NCBI GenBank assembly: GCA_017554235.1
Contig: JAFZIV010000061.1
Coordinates: 15,984 to 79,983, forward strand
Reading direction: 5' to 3'
DNA: 64,000 nucleotides
Source: Selenomonadaceae bacterium
Lineage (GTDB): Bacteria; Bacillota; Negativicutes; Selenomonadales; Selenomonadaceae
How positions within the stretch are numbered: the first letter of the stretch is position 1; each line of letters begins with the position of its first letter. Under the pieces are notes generated by a model, which saw only the letters and a program-made list of their open reading frames with translations, made no database searches and had not been told where the DNA came from. A program made the translations under genes and the position numbers. Below are positions 44,487 to 55,007 of the stretch, in pieces.

Positions 44487-45971
44487 TTATTCTAATTCAG
44501 AAATTTTTCTAAGTATCTCAACAATCAGATTAACTTGCGGCGTTACCGTGTCGAGATGTAAGCGTTCGTCCGTGCTGTGAATAAATTCGTTTGTCGTACC
44601 GATTGAAATAATATCCAGCTCGGGATTTTTCTTTGAAAAGTAACTGCACTCAAGCCCCGCGTGAATAATTTTAATCTGCGCGGAAAAATTATTTTGACTA
44701 TTAAAAACTTCTGCCGCAATTTTCGCAAGCTTGCTATTGGGATTGTAATTCCAAGCCGGTGAATGTCCGCTAAATTTTACGTCAAAGTTTGTAAGCTTCG
44801 CAAGAGTTTCATTTAAAAATTTAAATTCGTCCGCAAGTTCATCAATGTTAAAACGCGGCATTAAATGCAACTCAACCTTTTTATCGTCTGTACGAATCAT
44901 CGCAAGATTGTTTGACGCCTGTGTAAATTTCGGCGTTGTGCTTGACGTTGACAAAATACCGCTATGAATCATCGTTATCAAGTCGAGCAATTTTGTAAAA
45001 TCTTCCGTGCTAAAAATTTTTTCAGGTATGTCAACTTCTTCAACGTCAATTTTCAAATTAACTTCGTCGATAAAAATTTTCTTAACCTGCGCGGAAAACT
45101 CCTTAACAAAATTTTTCACATTTTCTAAACTTAAATCAGTCAATATAACGGCTTCCGCATTACTCGGAATAACATTATAAGCCTTGCCGCCGTTGATATT
45201 AGCTAAACGAACATTCCCGCGCAGATTGAGTTCACTCAAAATTCTAGCCAAAATTTTTATGGCGTTAGCGCGATTATCGTCAATCTCAATTCCCGAATGT
45301 CCGCCGCGCAATCCATCAACTTTAATTTTCATTGACGCACGAGAATTTGACGCCGACAAAAAAATTTCAGCGTCTACGAAATTAATTTGCCGTGTGAAGT
45401 CAACGTACATATTACCGGCACTGCCAACAGCAATTTCATCAAAATTTTCACTGTCGCAGTTAATCAGAAATTGTGCGTCTTCAAGGTGTTCCTTATAAAT
45501 GTTAATCGCGCCGCTCATTCCCTGTTCTTCGTCAGTAGTGAAAATCAAACGCAACGGACCATGCGGAATATTTTCAAACTTGCCTTCAAAGAAATTTTTT
45601 GTAATGTAGAGAATTTCAGCGATACCAATACCGTCATCCGCGCCTAAACTTGTACCTTCTGCCGTCAAAAATTTTTCGTCACGCACAAGTTTAATCGGGC
45701 TAGTCAATGGATCGTAATTGTAACCGTTTTCAGCAACGCAAACCATATCCATATGAGCTTGCAAAATCGTCAACGGCGCATTTTCTTTACCCTCACTCGC
45801 TGGAACTTCGACGATAATATTTTTAAATTGATCCTGCGTAACTTCAAAGCCCAACGTAATTAAGTGTTGATATAAATACGCGCTGACTTTTTCTTCGTGC
45901 TTAGACGGGCGCGGAATTTCTGCAAGCTTTTTAAATTCGTCTAAGACTCCCTCTAAAATTTCATCTGTCAT
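44487..45971 (-). CDS. pepD: aminoacyl-histidine dipeptidase (M20C, PepD-like)
   Basis: Metal-site motifs QAHMDMV, GADDGIG and [11 protein letters not shown]. About 490 aa. Confidence 0.85.
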   Translation of the reverse strand: MTDEILEGVLDEFKKLAEIPRPSKHEEKVSAYLYQHLITLGFEVTQDQFKNIIVEVPASEGKENAPLTILQAHMDMVCVAENGYNYDPLTSPIKLVRDEKFLTAEGTSLGADDGIGIAEILYITKNFFEGKFENIPHGPLRLIFTTDEEQGMSGAINIYKEHLEDAQFLINCDSENFDEIAVGSAGNMYVDFTRQINFVDAEIFLSASNSRASMKIKVDGLRGGHSGIEIDDNRANAIKILARILSELNLRGNVRLANINGGKAYNVIPSNAEAVILTDLSLENVKNFVKEFSAQVKKIFIDEVNLKIDVEEVDIPEKIFSTEDFTKLLDLITMIHSGILSTSSTTPKFTQASNNLAMIRTDDKKVELHLMPRFNIDELADEFKFLNETLAKLTNFDVKFSGHSPAWNYNPNSKLAKIAAEVFNSQNNFSAQIKIIHAGLECSYFSKKNPELDIISIGTTNEFIHSTDERLHLDTVTPQVNLIVEILRKISELE

Positions 45972-46852
45972 TTTATTACTCCGTTCGCCAGACGTTGCAA
46001 GTATTGACCGTAATCATTTTTGGAAAGCGGCTCGGCAAGTTTTAAAAGTTGTTCCGCGTCAATGTAATGCATACGGTAAGCAATTTCTTCAATACAAGAA
46101 ACTTTCAAGCCCTGTCGCATCTGAATTGTTTGCACAAATGACGCCGCCTGTAAAAGTGATTCGTGAGTACCTGTATCAAGCCACGCATAACCACGCCGCA
46201 TTTTTTCAACGCGCAACTTGCCACGCTCCAAATAAACTTTGTTCACGTCGGTAATTTCAAGTTCGCCCCGCGCAGAAGGGTTAATCGACTTCGCAACGGT
46301 TACAATATCTTTGTCGTAAAAATACAAGCCTGTTACCGCGTAATTTGAACGGGGATTTTTCGGCTTTTCCTCAAGGCTGATAGCTTCGCCGGTTGACTCA
46401 TCAAATTCGACAACGCCGTAACTTTCGGGATTGTGGACGTAATAAGCAAAGACCGTTGCGCCGTCATCATTGGCGGCGGCGTGACGCAAAATTTTTGGAA
46501 AGTCTGAACCGTAAAAAATATTGTCGCCCAACACCAATGCGCAACCGTCACCGTCGATAAATTTTTCACCAATTAAAAATGCCTGTGCGAGACCTTCAGG
46601 TTTAGGTTGAACGGCGTAGGAAATATTTAATCCAATTTGTGAGCCGTCCTTCAACAGTGCTTGAAACAGATGCGAATCTTGCGGTGTAGTGATTACTAAA
46701 ATGTCGCGAATGCCAGCCAACATTAGAGCCGACAGAGGATAGTAAATCATCGGTTTATCAAAAATCGGCATTAATTGTTTTGATACAACTTCTGTCAGCG
46801 GATAAAGCCGCGTTCCTGAACCTCCTGCTAAAATTATTCCTTTCTTAATCAT
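45968..46852 (-). CDS. rfbA: glucose-1-phosphate thymidylyltransferase
   Basis: [16 protein letters not shown], then the conserved RmlA core LGDNIFYG and YGVVEFD. 294 aa. Confidence 0.95.
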   Translation of the reverse strand: MIKKGIILAGGSGTRLYPLTEVVSKQLMPIFDKPMIYYPLSALMLAGIRDILVITTPQDSHLFQALLKDGSQIGLNISYAVQPKPEGLAQAFLIGEKFIDGDGCALVLGDNIFYGSDFPKILRHAAANDDGATVFAYYVHNPESYGVVEFDESTGEAISLEEKPKNPRSNYAVTGLYFYDKDIVTVAKSINPSARGELEITDVNKVYLERGKLRVEKMRRGYAWLDTGTHESLLQAASFVQTIQMRQGLKVSCIEEIAYRMHYIDAEQLLKLAEPLSKNDYGQYLQRLANGVIK

Positions 46853-47262
46853 AAAATTGCCTCCTAAATTTTAATCGCAGATATTATCACATTGTTTTAA
46901 AAAATTATCAAGCAAAAAATTTTCAGAATCTACTCGAATATTTATAGACAAAACGCAATATTTGTAGTAGGATTTTAAGTGGAATAAAATAATTTTTTTG
47001 GAAAGGGAGTTTTAAACAGTAACCCCAAACATTGACAAAAATATACATAGTCTCTAAAATGTCCCTATCAGCGAGAACCAAGCTGAATAAAAAAGTTTTA
47101 ATACCGGTGGCTCGCCGGGAATTCACGACTGTGGAGTGTTACAGCAAACGTTAGTAGGTAAGCCGAGAACGGACACGATGAAGCAGTAAGACAGAATCGC
47201 GAGGTCTGTCCGATTCATCTTGACTTAGACTTTTGTCTATGTTTTAAGGAGCAGTGGTTGTA

Positions 47263-47631
47263 ATGGAAGTTAAAAGATTAAATGTACCGAAGGGAACATC
47301 GGGACTTTCTTTCCGAGATACAAGGTCGGGACAAGGTGCGCGACAAATACAACGTGCGCAAATGACGCCGGATCAAAGTCAAGGTTCGGCATATCAAATA
47401 AGTTTTGCGCGTAGGAGTTTCTTTTTCGAGGAAGACTTCAACGACATAACGATTGAGGAACTTGCGCAGTTTATGGAACGCGAAGAAGATTTTGTAGAGG
47501 AAGTTGACGAAGAAGCGGAAAAAGCTAAGATGGCGGCGGCACAAACTCAACAACCTTCTGAACCTGAACAGCCCGTCGATAAGCGTAAAGTTGCGGCAGT
47601 CGCGGCGTATGATTGGTTTGCATCTCTTTAA
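47263..47631 (+). CDS. hypothetical acidic protein
   Basis: ORF directly upstream of the ABC-F gene. The ATG at 47263 is preferred (AAGGAG 11 nt upstream). No recognisable domain. Confidence 0.45.
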   Translation: MEVKRLNVPKGTSGLSFRDTRSGQGARQIQRAQMTPDQSQGSAYQISFARRSFFFEEDFNDITIEELAQFMEREEDFVEEVDEEAEKAKMAAAQTQQPSEPEQPVDKRKVAAVAAYDWFASL

Positions 47632-47644
47632 TATTTAGAAAAAA

Positions 47645-49303
47645 ATGATTCAACTTGAAAATGTTACAAAATCTTTTGGTGAGCGGACGATTTTTTCGGA
47701 CGTAAGCTTTAAGATACAAGACGGAGAAAAAGTCGGTATAGTCGGTAAAAACGGCGCGGGCAAGTCAACGCTTTTAAAAATTATGATTGGTGTTGAAGAA
47801 TTTGACGCGGGAAAAATATTTGGACTTCGCAAAGAGGATATTGGTTACGCCGAACAAATGCCGAATTTTACACAAAAAACTTTACTTGAAGAAATGTTAA
47901 GCGATGGCGTTGAGGAATTTCAAGTAAGGAAAATTTTGTACGGTCTAGGCTTTACCGAATCTGAACTTGCTAAAAATCCTAAAAATTTCAGCGGCGGAGA
48001 AACGGGCAAAATTACTTTAGCGCGTGCACTTTTAAACGAACCGCGCATTTTGATTCTTGACGAGCCTACCAATCATCTTGACATTTACGCGATTGATTTT
48101 CTTGAAGATTTTATTAAAAATTATCGCGGCACGGTTATTGCAGTCACTCACGACAGACATTTCCTTCAAAATTGCGTGAATAAAATTCTTGATATGGAAG
48201 CCGGAAAGGCGACGATGTATCCCGGCAATTATGAAAAATATTTTCAGCTTAAAACAGAACGGCGCGAATATGAGTGGAAGGCTTACGAAAAACAGCAAGA
48301 AGAAATTGCAAAGCTTGAAGATTTTGTGCGCCGCAATAAAGTTAGGGCGTCAACTGCTAAACGTGCGCGAAGTCGTCAAACAATGCTTGATCGTATGGAG
48401 CGATTGGAAAAACCGCCGTCAAATGAATTTGTTAAGGTTAATCTTGGCGATGCGGCAGAATCTGCCAACAAAATTTTAATCCTCGACAAAATTAATTTTA
48501 AAAACATCATCAAAGATTTCAGTTTAGAAATTGTCAAGGGCGAAAAGGTCGGATTAATCGGAAAAAACGGTGTCGGTAAGTCTACGCTTTTAAAATTAAT
48601 CGTCGACGAGCTTAAAAAGGATTCGGGCGAAATTAAAATTGGCAGTCGTGTTAAAGTCGGCTACCTTTCGCAGGGACACGAGGAATTAAATGTAAACGCA
48701 ACTCCGCTTGAGGAACTTATAAACGAATTTGGATTGACGATTGAACGCGCCCGCGCAGAATTGGCAAGGCTTGATTTACCCGCGCAGATTGTTGAAAAAC
48801 CTATTGCGGAACTTTCAGGCGGTGAAAAAACTCGTGTAGCATTGGCAAAATTAATTTTAACCGGCGCAAATTTTTTGTTGCTTGACGAGCCTACGAATCA
48901 TTTGGATTTACCTGCGCGGGAGGCTATAGAATCCGCGTTGAAAAGTTTTGACGGCACAATTTTAATTGTAACTCACGACAGGTATTTATTAGAATCAGTT
49001 ACTACAAGAGTAATTGAATTTGAAAAGCGCGAAGTTGCAATATCTGAACAGGAAAAAATTTCTAAGTCGAAACCTAAAGCTGAAAAAATTTCGTCGACAG
49101 CTAAACCAAAACTTGAATCAAAATTAAATGAAGTTCAGTTAGAAAAGTTGGAAGCCAAAATAAAAATGACTGAAATGGAATTGAAAATGCTTGAACACGA
49201 AATTAACAGCGAAGTCAATCCCGCAAAGTTGGCAGAATTGGCGGCAGAACACGAAATTAAATTGAAGGAACTTGACGACCTTTATCAAACACTACTTGAT
49301 TGA
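47645..49303 (+). CDS. ABC-F family ATPase (translation-associated type)
   Basis: Two ABC cassettes (GKNGAGKST/LSGGE-like and GKNGVGKST/LSGGEKTR), an inter-domain linker, no TM domain, and a C-terminal coiled coil. Confidence 0.9.
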   Translation: MIQLENVTKSFGERTIFSDVSFKIQDGEKVGIVGKNGAGKSTLLKIMIGVEEFDAGKIFGLRKEDIGYAEQMPNFTQKTLLEEMLSDGVEEFQVRKILYGLGFTESELAKNPKNFSGGETGKITLARALLNEPRILILDEPTNHLDIYAIDFLEDFIKNYRGTVIAVTHDRHFLQNCVNKILDMEAGKATMYPGNYEKYFQLKTERREYEWKAYEKQQEEIAKLEDFVRRNKVRASTAKRARSRQTMLDRMERLEKPPSNEFVKVNLGDAAESANKILILDKINFKNIIKDFSLEIVKGEKVGLIGKNGVGKSTLLKLIVDELKKDSGEIKIGSRVKVGYLSQGHEELNVNATPLEELINEFGLTIERARAELARLDLPAQIVEKPIAELSGGEKTRVALAKLILTGANFLLLDEPTNHLDLPAREAIESALKSFDGTILIVTHDRYLLESVTTRVIEFEKREVAISEQEKISKSKPKAEKISSTAKPKLESKLNEVQLEKLEAKIKMTEMELKMLEHEINSEVNPAKLAELAAEHEIKLKELDDLYQTLLD

Positions 49304-49319
49304 AATTTAGCAGACAAAT

Positions 49320-49357
49320 TAAAAAAAGTGGTGGAAATAAAATCCGCCACTTTTTTG
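49320..49357. terminator. bidirectional terminator between the ABC-F gene and rpsA
   Basis: aaaaaa agtggtgg aaataaaat ccgccact tttttt. It sits between convergent genes. Confidence 0.65.
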
Positions 49358-49419
49358 TTGCGCAACGAAAACCGTCACGACTTAAAGAAATTCACGACCT
49401 GCGTGTTACGACTTACGAA

Positions 49420-50607
49420 TCAATATTCATCAGCATTATTTGAACGGTAACGTCTGTAACCCGAGTCAGAATCGCCGCGTCTTGTTGCACGATTGATAGA
49501 AAGGGAAATGCGCTTACGTTTTTGGTCAACACGCATAATTTTAACTTTAACAACATCGTCGACTTGAACAGCCTCGTCAGCCGTTTCAATGCGGCGATCA
49601 CTCAATTCGCCCATAGGAATCAATCCGTCAAAGCCCGGTTCAATTTCCATAAATGCGCCGAATTTAGCCAATTTGACGATACGTCCTTCGATAATGTCAC
49701 CTTCGACATATTTTTCAGCCTTATCAAGCCAAGGATCACGTTGGGTATTTTTAACCGAAAGTGAAATTCTGTGGGCATCGGGATCAACATTTTTAACGTA
49801 AACGTCAATCACATCACCGACTTTGAGAACATCCGACGGTTGAGTAACACGTTCCCACGAAAGATCCGAAATATGTGCAAGTCCGTCAACGCCGCCAATA
49901 TCTATGAATGCTCCGTAATCAACAAGACGCTTTACGGTTCCCTTGAGAGTTTGACCTGCCTCAATCTTATCAAAAACTTCACGCTGCTTATCGTCGCGCT
50001 CCTTCTCCAAGACTTGACGGCGCGAAAGTACCAAGCGTTGCTTATGTTTGTCAATTTCAATCGGCATAACCTCAACGGTTTGATCAACGTAAACAGACAA
50101 ATCCTTCACGTAATGAAGTTCCATCTGCGACGCCGGAATAAAACCGCGCAATCCCTTAACGGAAGCGACGAGCCCTCCTTTTACCATTTGCGTGATCTTA
50201 GCTTCAACGGTTTCGCCGTTGTCTCTAATTGCTTCCATGTCTTTCCAAACAGACATACGATCCGCTTTAATTTTTGAAAGAGTTCCGCCGTTTTCGCCAC
50301 CGAGCGACTGAATGTAAACTTCAATCTTGTCGCCGACGTTTACAACATCCTCCGCAGATTCCGGTTCGGGAAATGCAAGCTCTTTTTTCGGTACAAGAAT
50401 TTCTTGCTTATAACCAATATCGACAAAAGCTCCGGCGCGATCCACTTGGACGACCGTACCTTCTACAATATCTCCTGCCTTAATATCGTTCATGTCTCCT
50501 GCTGCTTCGAGCAAACTTCCCATGTCCTCTACGTTTTTAATATCGTCTGACACTTCTCTGTAACCTGCTACCGAGATTTCGGAAAATGTAAAACTACAGC
50601 TGTTCAT
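49420..50607 (-). CDS. rpsA: 30S ribosomal protein S1 (four S1 domains)
   Basis: Four repeats of the S1 OB-fold motif (G.IVEGTV..V...GAFVDIG, etc.). The start is uncertain: candidates are ATG at 50607, 50523 or 50496, and the track start at 50655 has no RBS. Confidence 0.85.
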   Translation of the reverse strand: MNSCSFTFSEISVAGYREVSDDIKNVEDMGSLLEAAGDMNDIKAGDIVEGTVVQVDRAGAFVDIGYKQEILVPKKELAFPEPESAEDVVNVGDKIEVYIQSLGGENGGTLSKIKADRMSVWKDMEAIRDNGETVEAKITQMVKGGLVASVKGLRGFIPASQMELHYVKDLSVYVDQTVEVMPIEIDKHKQRLVLSRRQVLEKERDDKQREVFDKIEAGQTLKGTVKRLVDYGAFIDIGGVDGLAHISDLSWERVTQPSDVLKVGDVIDVYVKNVDPDAHRISLSVKNTQRDPWLDKAEKYVEGDIIEGRIVKLAKFGAFMEIEPGFDGLIPMGELSDRRIETADEAVQVDDVVKVKIMRVDQKRKRISLSINRATRRGDSDSGYRRYRSNNADEY

Positions 50608-50830
50608 ACTACACTTTCCGCTAAAAATATCCGGGCGATAAATTCGCCACGTCACTAGTACTTTACGAAATAATTCCTTCCCTGACTTGTGACCCTAAAA
50701 AATCGACGGCACTCGCTGACGTACTGCCGATTATCCGCGTAGCTTTTTCCTTTCCTCTTTATTACCAATTACAAATAATTACAATCTGTCTGTATTTTAA
50801 AAGCCGTACCCTGCAATTTTTACAAGGCTT

Positions 50831-51676
50831 TTATAACTCGTCATAAACTTTTAATTTTTCGGTAACCTCCTTTATAATCCAATCCGGCGTCGACGCACCG
50901 GCAGTTATCCCAACTTTAAGGGCTGATAAATTTTCAGATTGAATGAACCATTCGGGCAAAATTTCTTCTGCCGTTTCAATATGGTAGGTGATACATTTTT
51001 TTTCACAGAGTTTGGCAAGTTTTGTAGTATTCGCGCTGTTTCTGCCGCCTACTACAAGCATCACGTCAACTTTTTCGGCAAGTTCCATTGCGGCTTTCTG
51101 TCTTTGATCCGTCGCTGTACAAATTGTGCGTAAAATTTTTATGTCGCTTGACTTCTTCAAAAGTTGCAGAACTATTTCCTCAAATCGCATGCCAGATACG
51201 GTTGTTTGTGAAACTATTCCGAGTCTTTGACAAGGCGCAAATTTTTCTGCCTCTGCCGCCGTTTCGATGATAGTTGTATTTTTTTCCGCCCATTCAAGAA
51301 TGCTTTTAACTTCGGGATGATTTTTTTCGCCGACGATAACAACGTCGTAACCTTCATTAACTAATTCCCTAGCAGCCATTTGCGCCCTTTTTACGTGCGG
51401 ACAAGTTGCATCAACTAATCGTAAACCTTTGGCTTTAATTTCATCATAGATTTTCGGACCTACGCCATGCGAACGTATTATTACCGTGCCTTCATTAATC
51501 GAAGACAAATTTTCCGCCGCGTCCACACCTTCCTCCCTAAGTCTTTCGACCATTTGCGGATTGTGAATTATCGGACCCAGCGTGCAACATTTTCCGTCCG
51601 CATTTTCTTTAGCGATTTTTATAGCGCGTTTAACGCCATAACAAAATCCTAAATACTCTGCTAAAAAAATTTTCAA
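50831..51676 (-). CDS. ispH: 4-hydroxy-3-methylbut-2-enyl diphosphate reductase
   Basis: The three conserved Cys contexts (GFCYGV, ATCPHV, TICTAT), with HNP and SANT motifs. 281 aa. Confidence 0.95.
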   Translation of the reverse strand: MKIFLAEYLGFCYGVKRAIKIAKENADGKCCTLGPIIHNPQMVERLREEGVDAAENLSSINEGTVIIRSHGVGPKIYDEIKAKGLRLVDATCPHVKRAQMAARELVNEGYDVVIVGEKNHPEVKSILEWAEKNTTIIETAAEAEKFAPCQRLGIVSQTTVSGMRFEEIVLQLLKKSSDIKILRTICTATDQRQKAAMELAEKVDVMLVVGGRNSANTTKLAKLCEKKCITYHIETAEEILPEWFIQSENLSALKVGITAGASTPDWIIKEVTEKLKVYDEL

Positions 51677-51799
51677 AATCTCACCTTCAAAAATTCCTCC
51701 AATCTAATTGCGTATTTTAAACGAAAATTTTAATATCGGCAAGTTTTTTTTGAAATTTTTATGAAGATTTTTTCGGCGGTAAAAATTAACCTCTAAATC

Positions 51800-51847
51800 A
51801 AAAAAATGGTATGGCGGAAATTCCACTATACCATTAAAATTTTTTTA
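51800..51847 (-). terminator. intrinsic terminator downstream of the 51862-52647 gene
   Basis: The minus strand reads aatggtat agtggaatttccgcc ataccatt followed by tttttt. Confidence 0.5.
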
Positions 51848-51861
51848 GATTAGTTTACGGT

Positions 51862-52647
51862 TTACAATTCTGCCCACTCGAAAGGTCCGAGCGATGCGAT
51901 ACCTGAACGACAAAATTCACGTACAGTATAATAGTGAACATTATTCATAATCATAGGATAATAAGCCTGCGCGGGATGCCAAAAGTCCATAACTAACTTA
52001 TCGCCCCACTTATACGCCAACTTTGAACCCTTAACAATTTCGTCTTTATAGAAAACAAAATCGCGTTTACGTTTTGTCTTCGCATCTTCAGGAGGATTGC
52101 CTACCAAGTATTTGAAAACGCCACAACACAAAATCACGTCAGGATTAATGAGTTCAATTTCTTTGCGCAATTCGGTAGCATCTTCACGAGCAAAATTCTT
52201 CACGATACCAAGTTTAGGGATTTTTTGCCCGTCGCTTTTTTTGACATTGACGATAGCAATAGCGCGAATCAAATCGTCTTTTTGATCCATTATAGACTTT
52301 TTCACGTAAGGCACGGGATCAAAAAATGAATCGTAGACCGCCTGCACCCATACGGAAAACTTGAACATCAACTTCGTAAAGCAACCCTGTTCATTCCACT
52401 GCGCGGCAAGATCATGACCTTCGGGATATTGTTCAATATCAGCATATCCGCCGGGTTCCGGCATTACGAAACAAATTTTCGGCTCTTGAATCGCCCACTT
52501 ATCGGGATTTACAATTCCGTCACGAACAAATTTTCCGTAAGGCGGCTCATGCTTAAGACCATACGGCTCTTCAGCAGAAATTTTCTTAGCATGTTTTTCC
52601 GCCCACTTGTCGAAAAGTTTTTCCAATTTTTGCGGTTGATAGCCCAT
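51862..52647 (-). CDS. hypothetical protein with uracil-DNA-glycosylase-superfamily-like motif order
   Basis: 261 aa. The segments ICFVMPEPGG ... IAIVNVKKSDG ... INPDVILCCGV ... DFWHPAQ follow the order of UDG-fold motifs (GEAPG-like ... N.KK ... G ... HPS-like). The call is by eye only. Confidence 0.35.
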   Translation of the reverse strand: MGYQPQKLEKLFDKWAEKHAKKISAEEPYGLKHEPPYGKFVRDGIVNPDKWAIQEPKICFVMPEPGGYADIEQYPEGHDLAAQWNEQGCFTKLMFKFSVWVQAVYDSFFDPVPYVKKSIMDQKDDLIRAIAIVNVKKSDGQKIPKLGIVKNFAREDATELRKEIELINPDVILCCGVFKYLVGNPPEDAKTKRKRDFVFYKDEIVKGSKLAYKWGDKLVMDFWHPAQAYYPMIMNNVHYYTVREFCRSGIASLGPFEWAEL

Positions 52648-52870
52648 TTTAACCAGTTACTGAAAACTTCAAGGAAGTTATCAAATTTTATATTCTATGT
52701 AGAAATAAAATTCTATCAGTAACGTTGTTCACCTCCTCATAGTTTGGTAAGCAAATTTTTGCGAAAGCCGCAAAAAAAATTTACTTATAAATTTTCGCAC
52801 AATTTTAGTATATCGTCAAGAAATTTTTATAAGTAAATAATAATAATTTTGGCAAATTTTTTTATTGAGA

Positions 52871-53707
52871 TTAATCTTCTGTTTCAGATTTTTTCTGCTG
52901 ATTCTCCAACTTTTGTAAAGCTTTTTTCGCCGCTACTTGCTCGGCAGATTTTTTAGAATTGCCGACACCTTTGCCCATAATTTTATCATCAATCTTCACG
53001 GCAAATTCAAAAGTTGGCAAATGAGGAGGACCACTCGCGCTAAGTTCGACATATTCGATTCTGACGTTGGGATTATCTTTCATCAAAATTTCCTGCAAAG
53101 TTGACTTGTAGTCAGAAAGATTTTTCCGCACCATTTTTTGAAGTTCGTCCGCAATATTTTCGTCCGACAAATTCTTAAATTCAGGTGCAAGTTGTTCAAA
53201 GACAAATCCCCGCGCAGTTTCCCATCCGCAGTCAAGATAAATTGCACCGATAACAGATTCAAAAGCGTCCTCCAAATTCGATTCACGCGTTGCCCCGCCG
53301 CTGGAACTTTCACCGTAATCAAATTGAATTATATTTCCAATCTTAAGGCGTTTAGCGATTTTTGAAAGCGTAGATTGACATACGACACTGGCGCGAAGTT
53401 TAGTTAATTCGCCCTCGTCAAGTGAAGGAAATTTTTTGAAAATGTAAGTACTCGACGCCAATTCCAAAACCGCATCGCCCATATATTCAAGCTTTTCATT
53501 GTCGTCAAAAACTTTGTCATAGTAGCGTGAGTAGGAACTGTGAGTAAGTGCGACGTTTAAAAGTTCCAAGCTATTGAAAGTGACGCCAATTTTTTTTTGA
53601 AAATTTTGCAGTGTACGACGGCGCGGCGCGTCAATCGGCGAACTTATTAAACCGTGTTCAATCGGAATTACTTCGCCAACTAAAATATGTTTTTCTTTTT
53701 CTTCCAT
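52871..53707 (-). CDS. rnc: ribonuclease III
   Basis: RNase III signature LTHSSY...NEKLEYMGDAVLEL and a C-terminal dsRBD (KSTLQEI...KKSAEQVAAKKAL). The ATG at 53707 is preferred; it sits 1 nt after the fabF stop. Confidence 0.9.
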   Translation of the reverse strand: MEEKEKHILVGEVIPIEHGLISSPIDAPRRRTLQNFQKKIGVTFNSLELLNVALTHSSYSRYYDKVFDDNEKLEYMGDAVLELASSTYIFKKFPSLDEGELTKLRASVVCQSTLSKIAKRLKIGNIIQFDYGESSSGGATRESNLEDAFESVIGAIYLDCGWETARGFVFEQLAPEFKNLSDENIADELQKMVRKNLSDYKSTLQEILMKDNPNVRIEYVELSASGPPHLPTFEFAVKIDDKIMGKGVGNSKKSAEQVAAKKALQKLENQQKKSETED

Positions 53708-53708
53708 A

Positions 53709-54953
53709 TTAATCAACAAACTTTTTGAAGACTAAGCAAGCGTTATGTCCGCCGAATCCGAAGGAATTTGAAATAGCGACGTTTACAATTTTTTCTCGCG
53801 CAGTATTCGGCACGTAATCAAGGTCAAGCCCTTCATCAGGTGTTTCATAGTTAAGCGTAGGCGGCAAGAAATTTTCCGAAATAGCCAAAACGCTTGCAAT
53901 AGCTTCAGCACCACCAGCGGCTCCGAGCATATGTCCGGTCATAGATTTTGTAGACGAGACGGCAACTTTATAAGCATGTTCACCGAATACAGTTTTAATT
54001 GCCTTTGTTTCGCCTTCGTCGTTAAAGTGCGTTGAAGTTCCATGAGCGTTAATGTAATCGACTTCGGCAGGAGAAATTTTTGCGTCGTCAAGTGCAAGCT
54101 GAATACATTTAGCTTGATATTCACCGTTTGGAGCGGGTGTAGTAATGTGATAAGCGTCATTGTTTCTGCCGTAACCGATAATTTCAGCGTAGATTTTCGC
54201 GCCGCGATTTTTGGCACTTTCAAGACTTTCAAGCAGTACAATTCCCGAGCCTTCGCCCATTACAAAGCCGCTACGATTTTTATCAAAAGGTCTTGACGCA
54301 TGATGAGGATCGTCATTGTGATCCGCGCAGAGTGCTTTCATAGCCGCGAATCCTGCAACGCCCGCTTGGGAAATGCTAGCTTCTGCACCGCCCGCAAACA
54401 TTATATCAGCTTCGCCGTTTTGAATAACGCGGTAAGCATCGCCAATACAATTTGTACCAGTCGCGCAAGCAGTCACAACACAAGCTGAAGGTCCATGAAC
54501 GCCGAGAGTAATTGCAACTTGCCCTGCCGCCATGTTAGCAATCATCATGGGAATAAAAAACGGGCTGATTTTTGAAGGACCTTTAGCGAAAAGTTTTTCG
54601 TATTGAGTATGAAGAGTTTGCATACCGCCGATACCCGCGCCGACAAAAACTCCCGCGCGTTCACGATTAATTTTGCTAAGGTCAAGTCCCGCGTCATTGA
54701 GTGCGAGTTTAGCGGCGGCAACAGCGAATTGCGAATACCTATCCATACGTTTAGATTCTTTTTTGTCGATAAAGTCATCGGGATTGAAGTCTTTCACTTC
54801 ACCGGCGATTTGGGAATTATATTCTGACGGATCAAACTGCGTGATTCTTTCAATGCCGTTACGTCCTTCACGCAATCCCGCAAGAAAATTTTCCTTACCA
54901 ATGCCAATCGGAGTGACTGCCCCCAATCCCGTAATGACTACCCTATTTTTCAA
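53709..54953 (-). CDS. fabF: beta-ketoacyl-ACP synthase II
   Basis: Active-site contexts ACATG (Cys), HGTST and GHMLGAAG. TTG start at 54953, 7 nt after AAGGAGG. Confidence 0.92.
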   Translation of the reverse strand: MKNRVVITGLGAVTPIGIGKENFLAGLREGRNGIERITQFDPSEYNSQIAGEVKDFNPDDFIDKKESKRMDRYSQFAVAAAKLALNDAGLDLSKINRERAGVFVGAGIGGMQTLHTQYEKLFAKGPSKISPFFIPMMIANMAAGQVAITLGVHGPSACVVTACATGTNCIGDAYRVIQNGEADIMFAGGAEASISQAGVAGFAAMKALCADHNDDPHHASRPFDKNRSGFVMGEGSGIVLLESLESAKNRGAKIYAEIIGYGRNNDAYHITTPAPNGEYQAKCIQLALDDAKISPAEVDYINAHGTSTHFNDEGETKAIKTVFGEHAYKVAVSSTKSMTGHMLGAAGGAEAIASVLAISENFLPPTLNYETPDEGLDLDYVPNTAREKIVNVAISNSFGFGGHNACLVFKKFVD

Positions 54954-55007
54954 AATACATCCTCCTTTTTTAGCTTTCAAGTTAGTTTTAAGCTTTTAGG
55001 AATTTTT

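Noticed and set aside
47100-47230. SRP RNA, 6S RNA or riboswitch candidate (contains a GAAGCAG segment reminiscent of SRP domain IV).
   Set aside because: It lacks the GGAA tetraloop context and the symmetric-loop sequences of SRP RNA. I could see no convincing match to any riboswitch consensus on either strand. It is kept only as an unassigned region.
50656-50830. Possible leader, attenuator or autoregulatory structure upstream of rpsA (cggca...tgccg followed by a T6 run on the minus strand).
   Set aside because: The stem is only 5 bp with a 13-nt loop. That is too weak to call a terminator or an S1 autoregulatory pseudoknot by eye.
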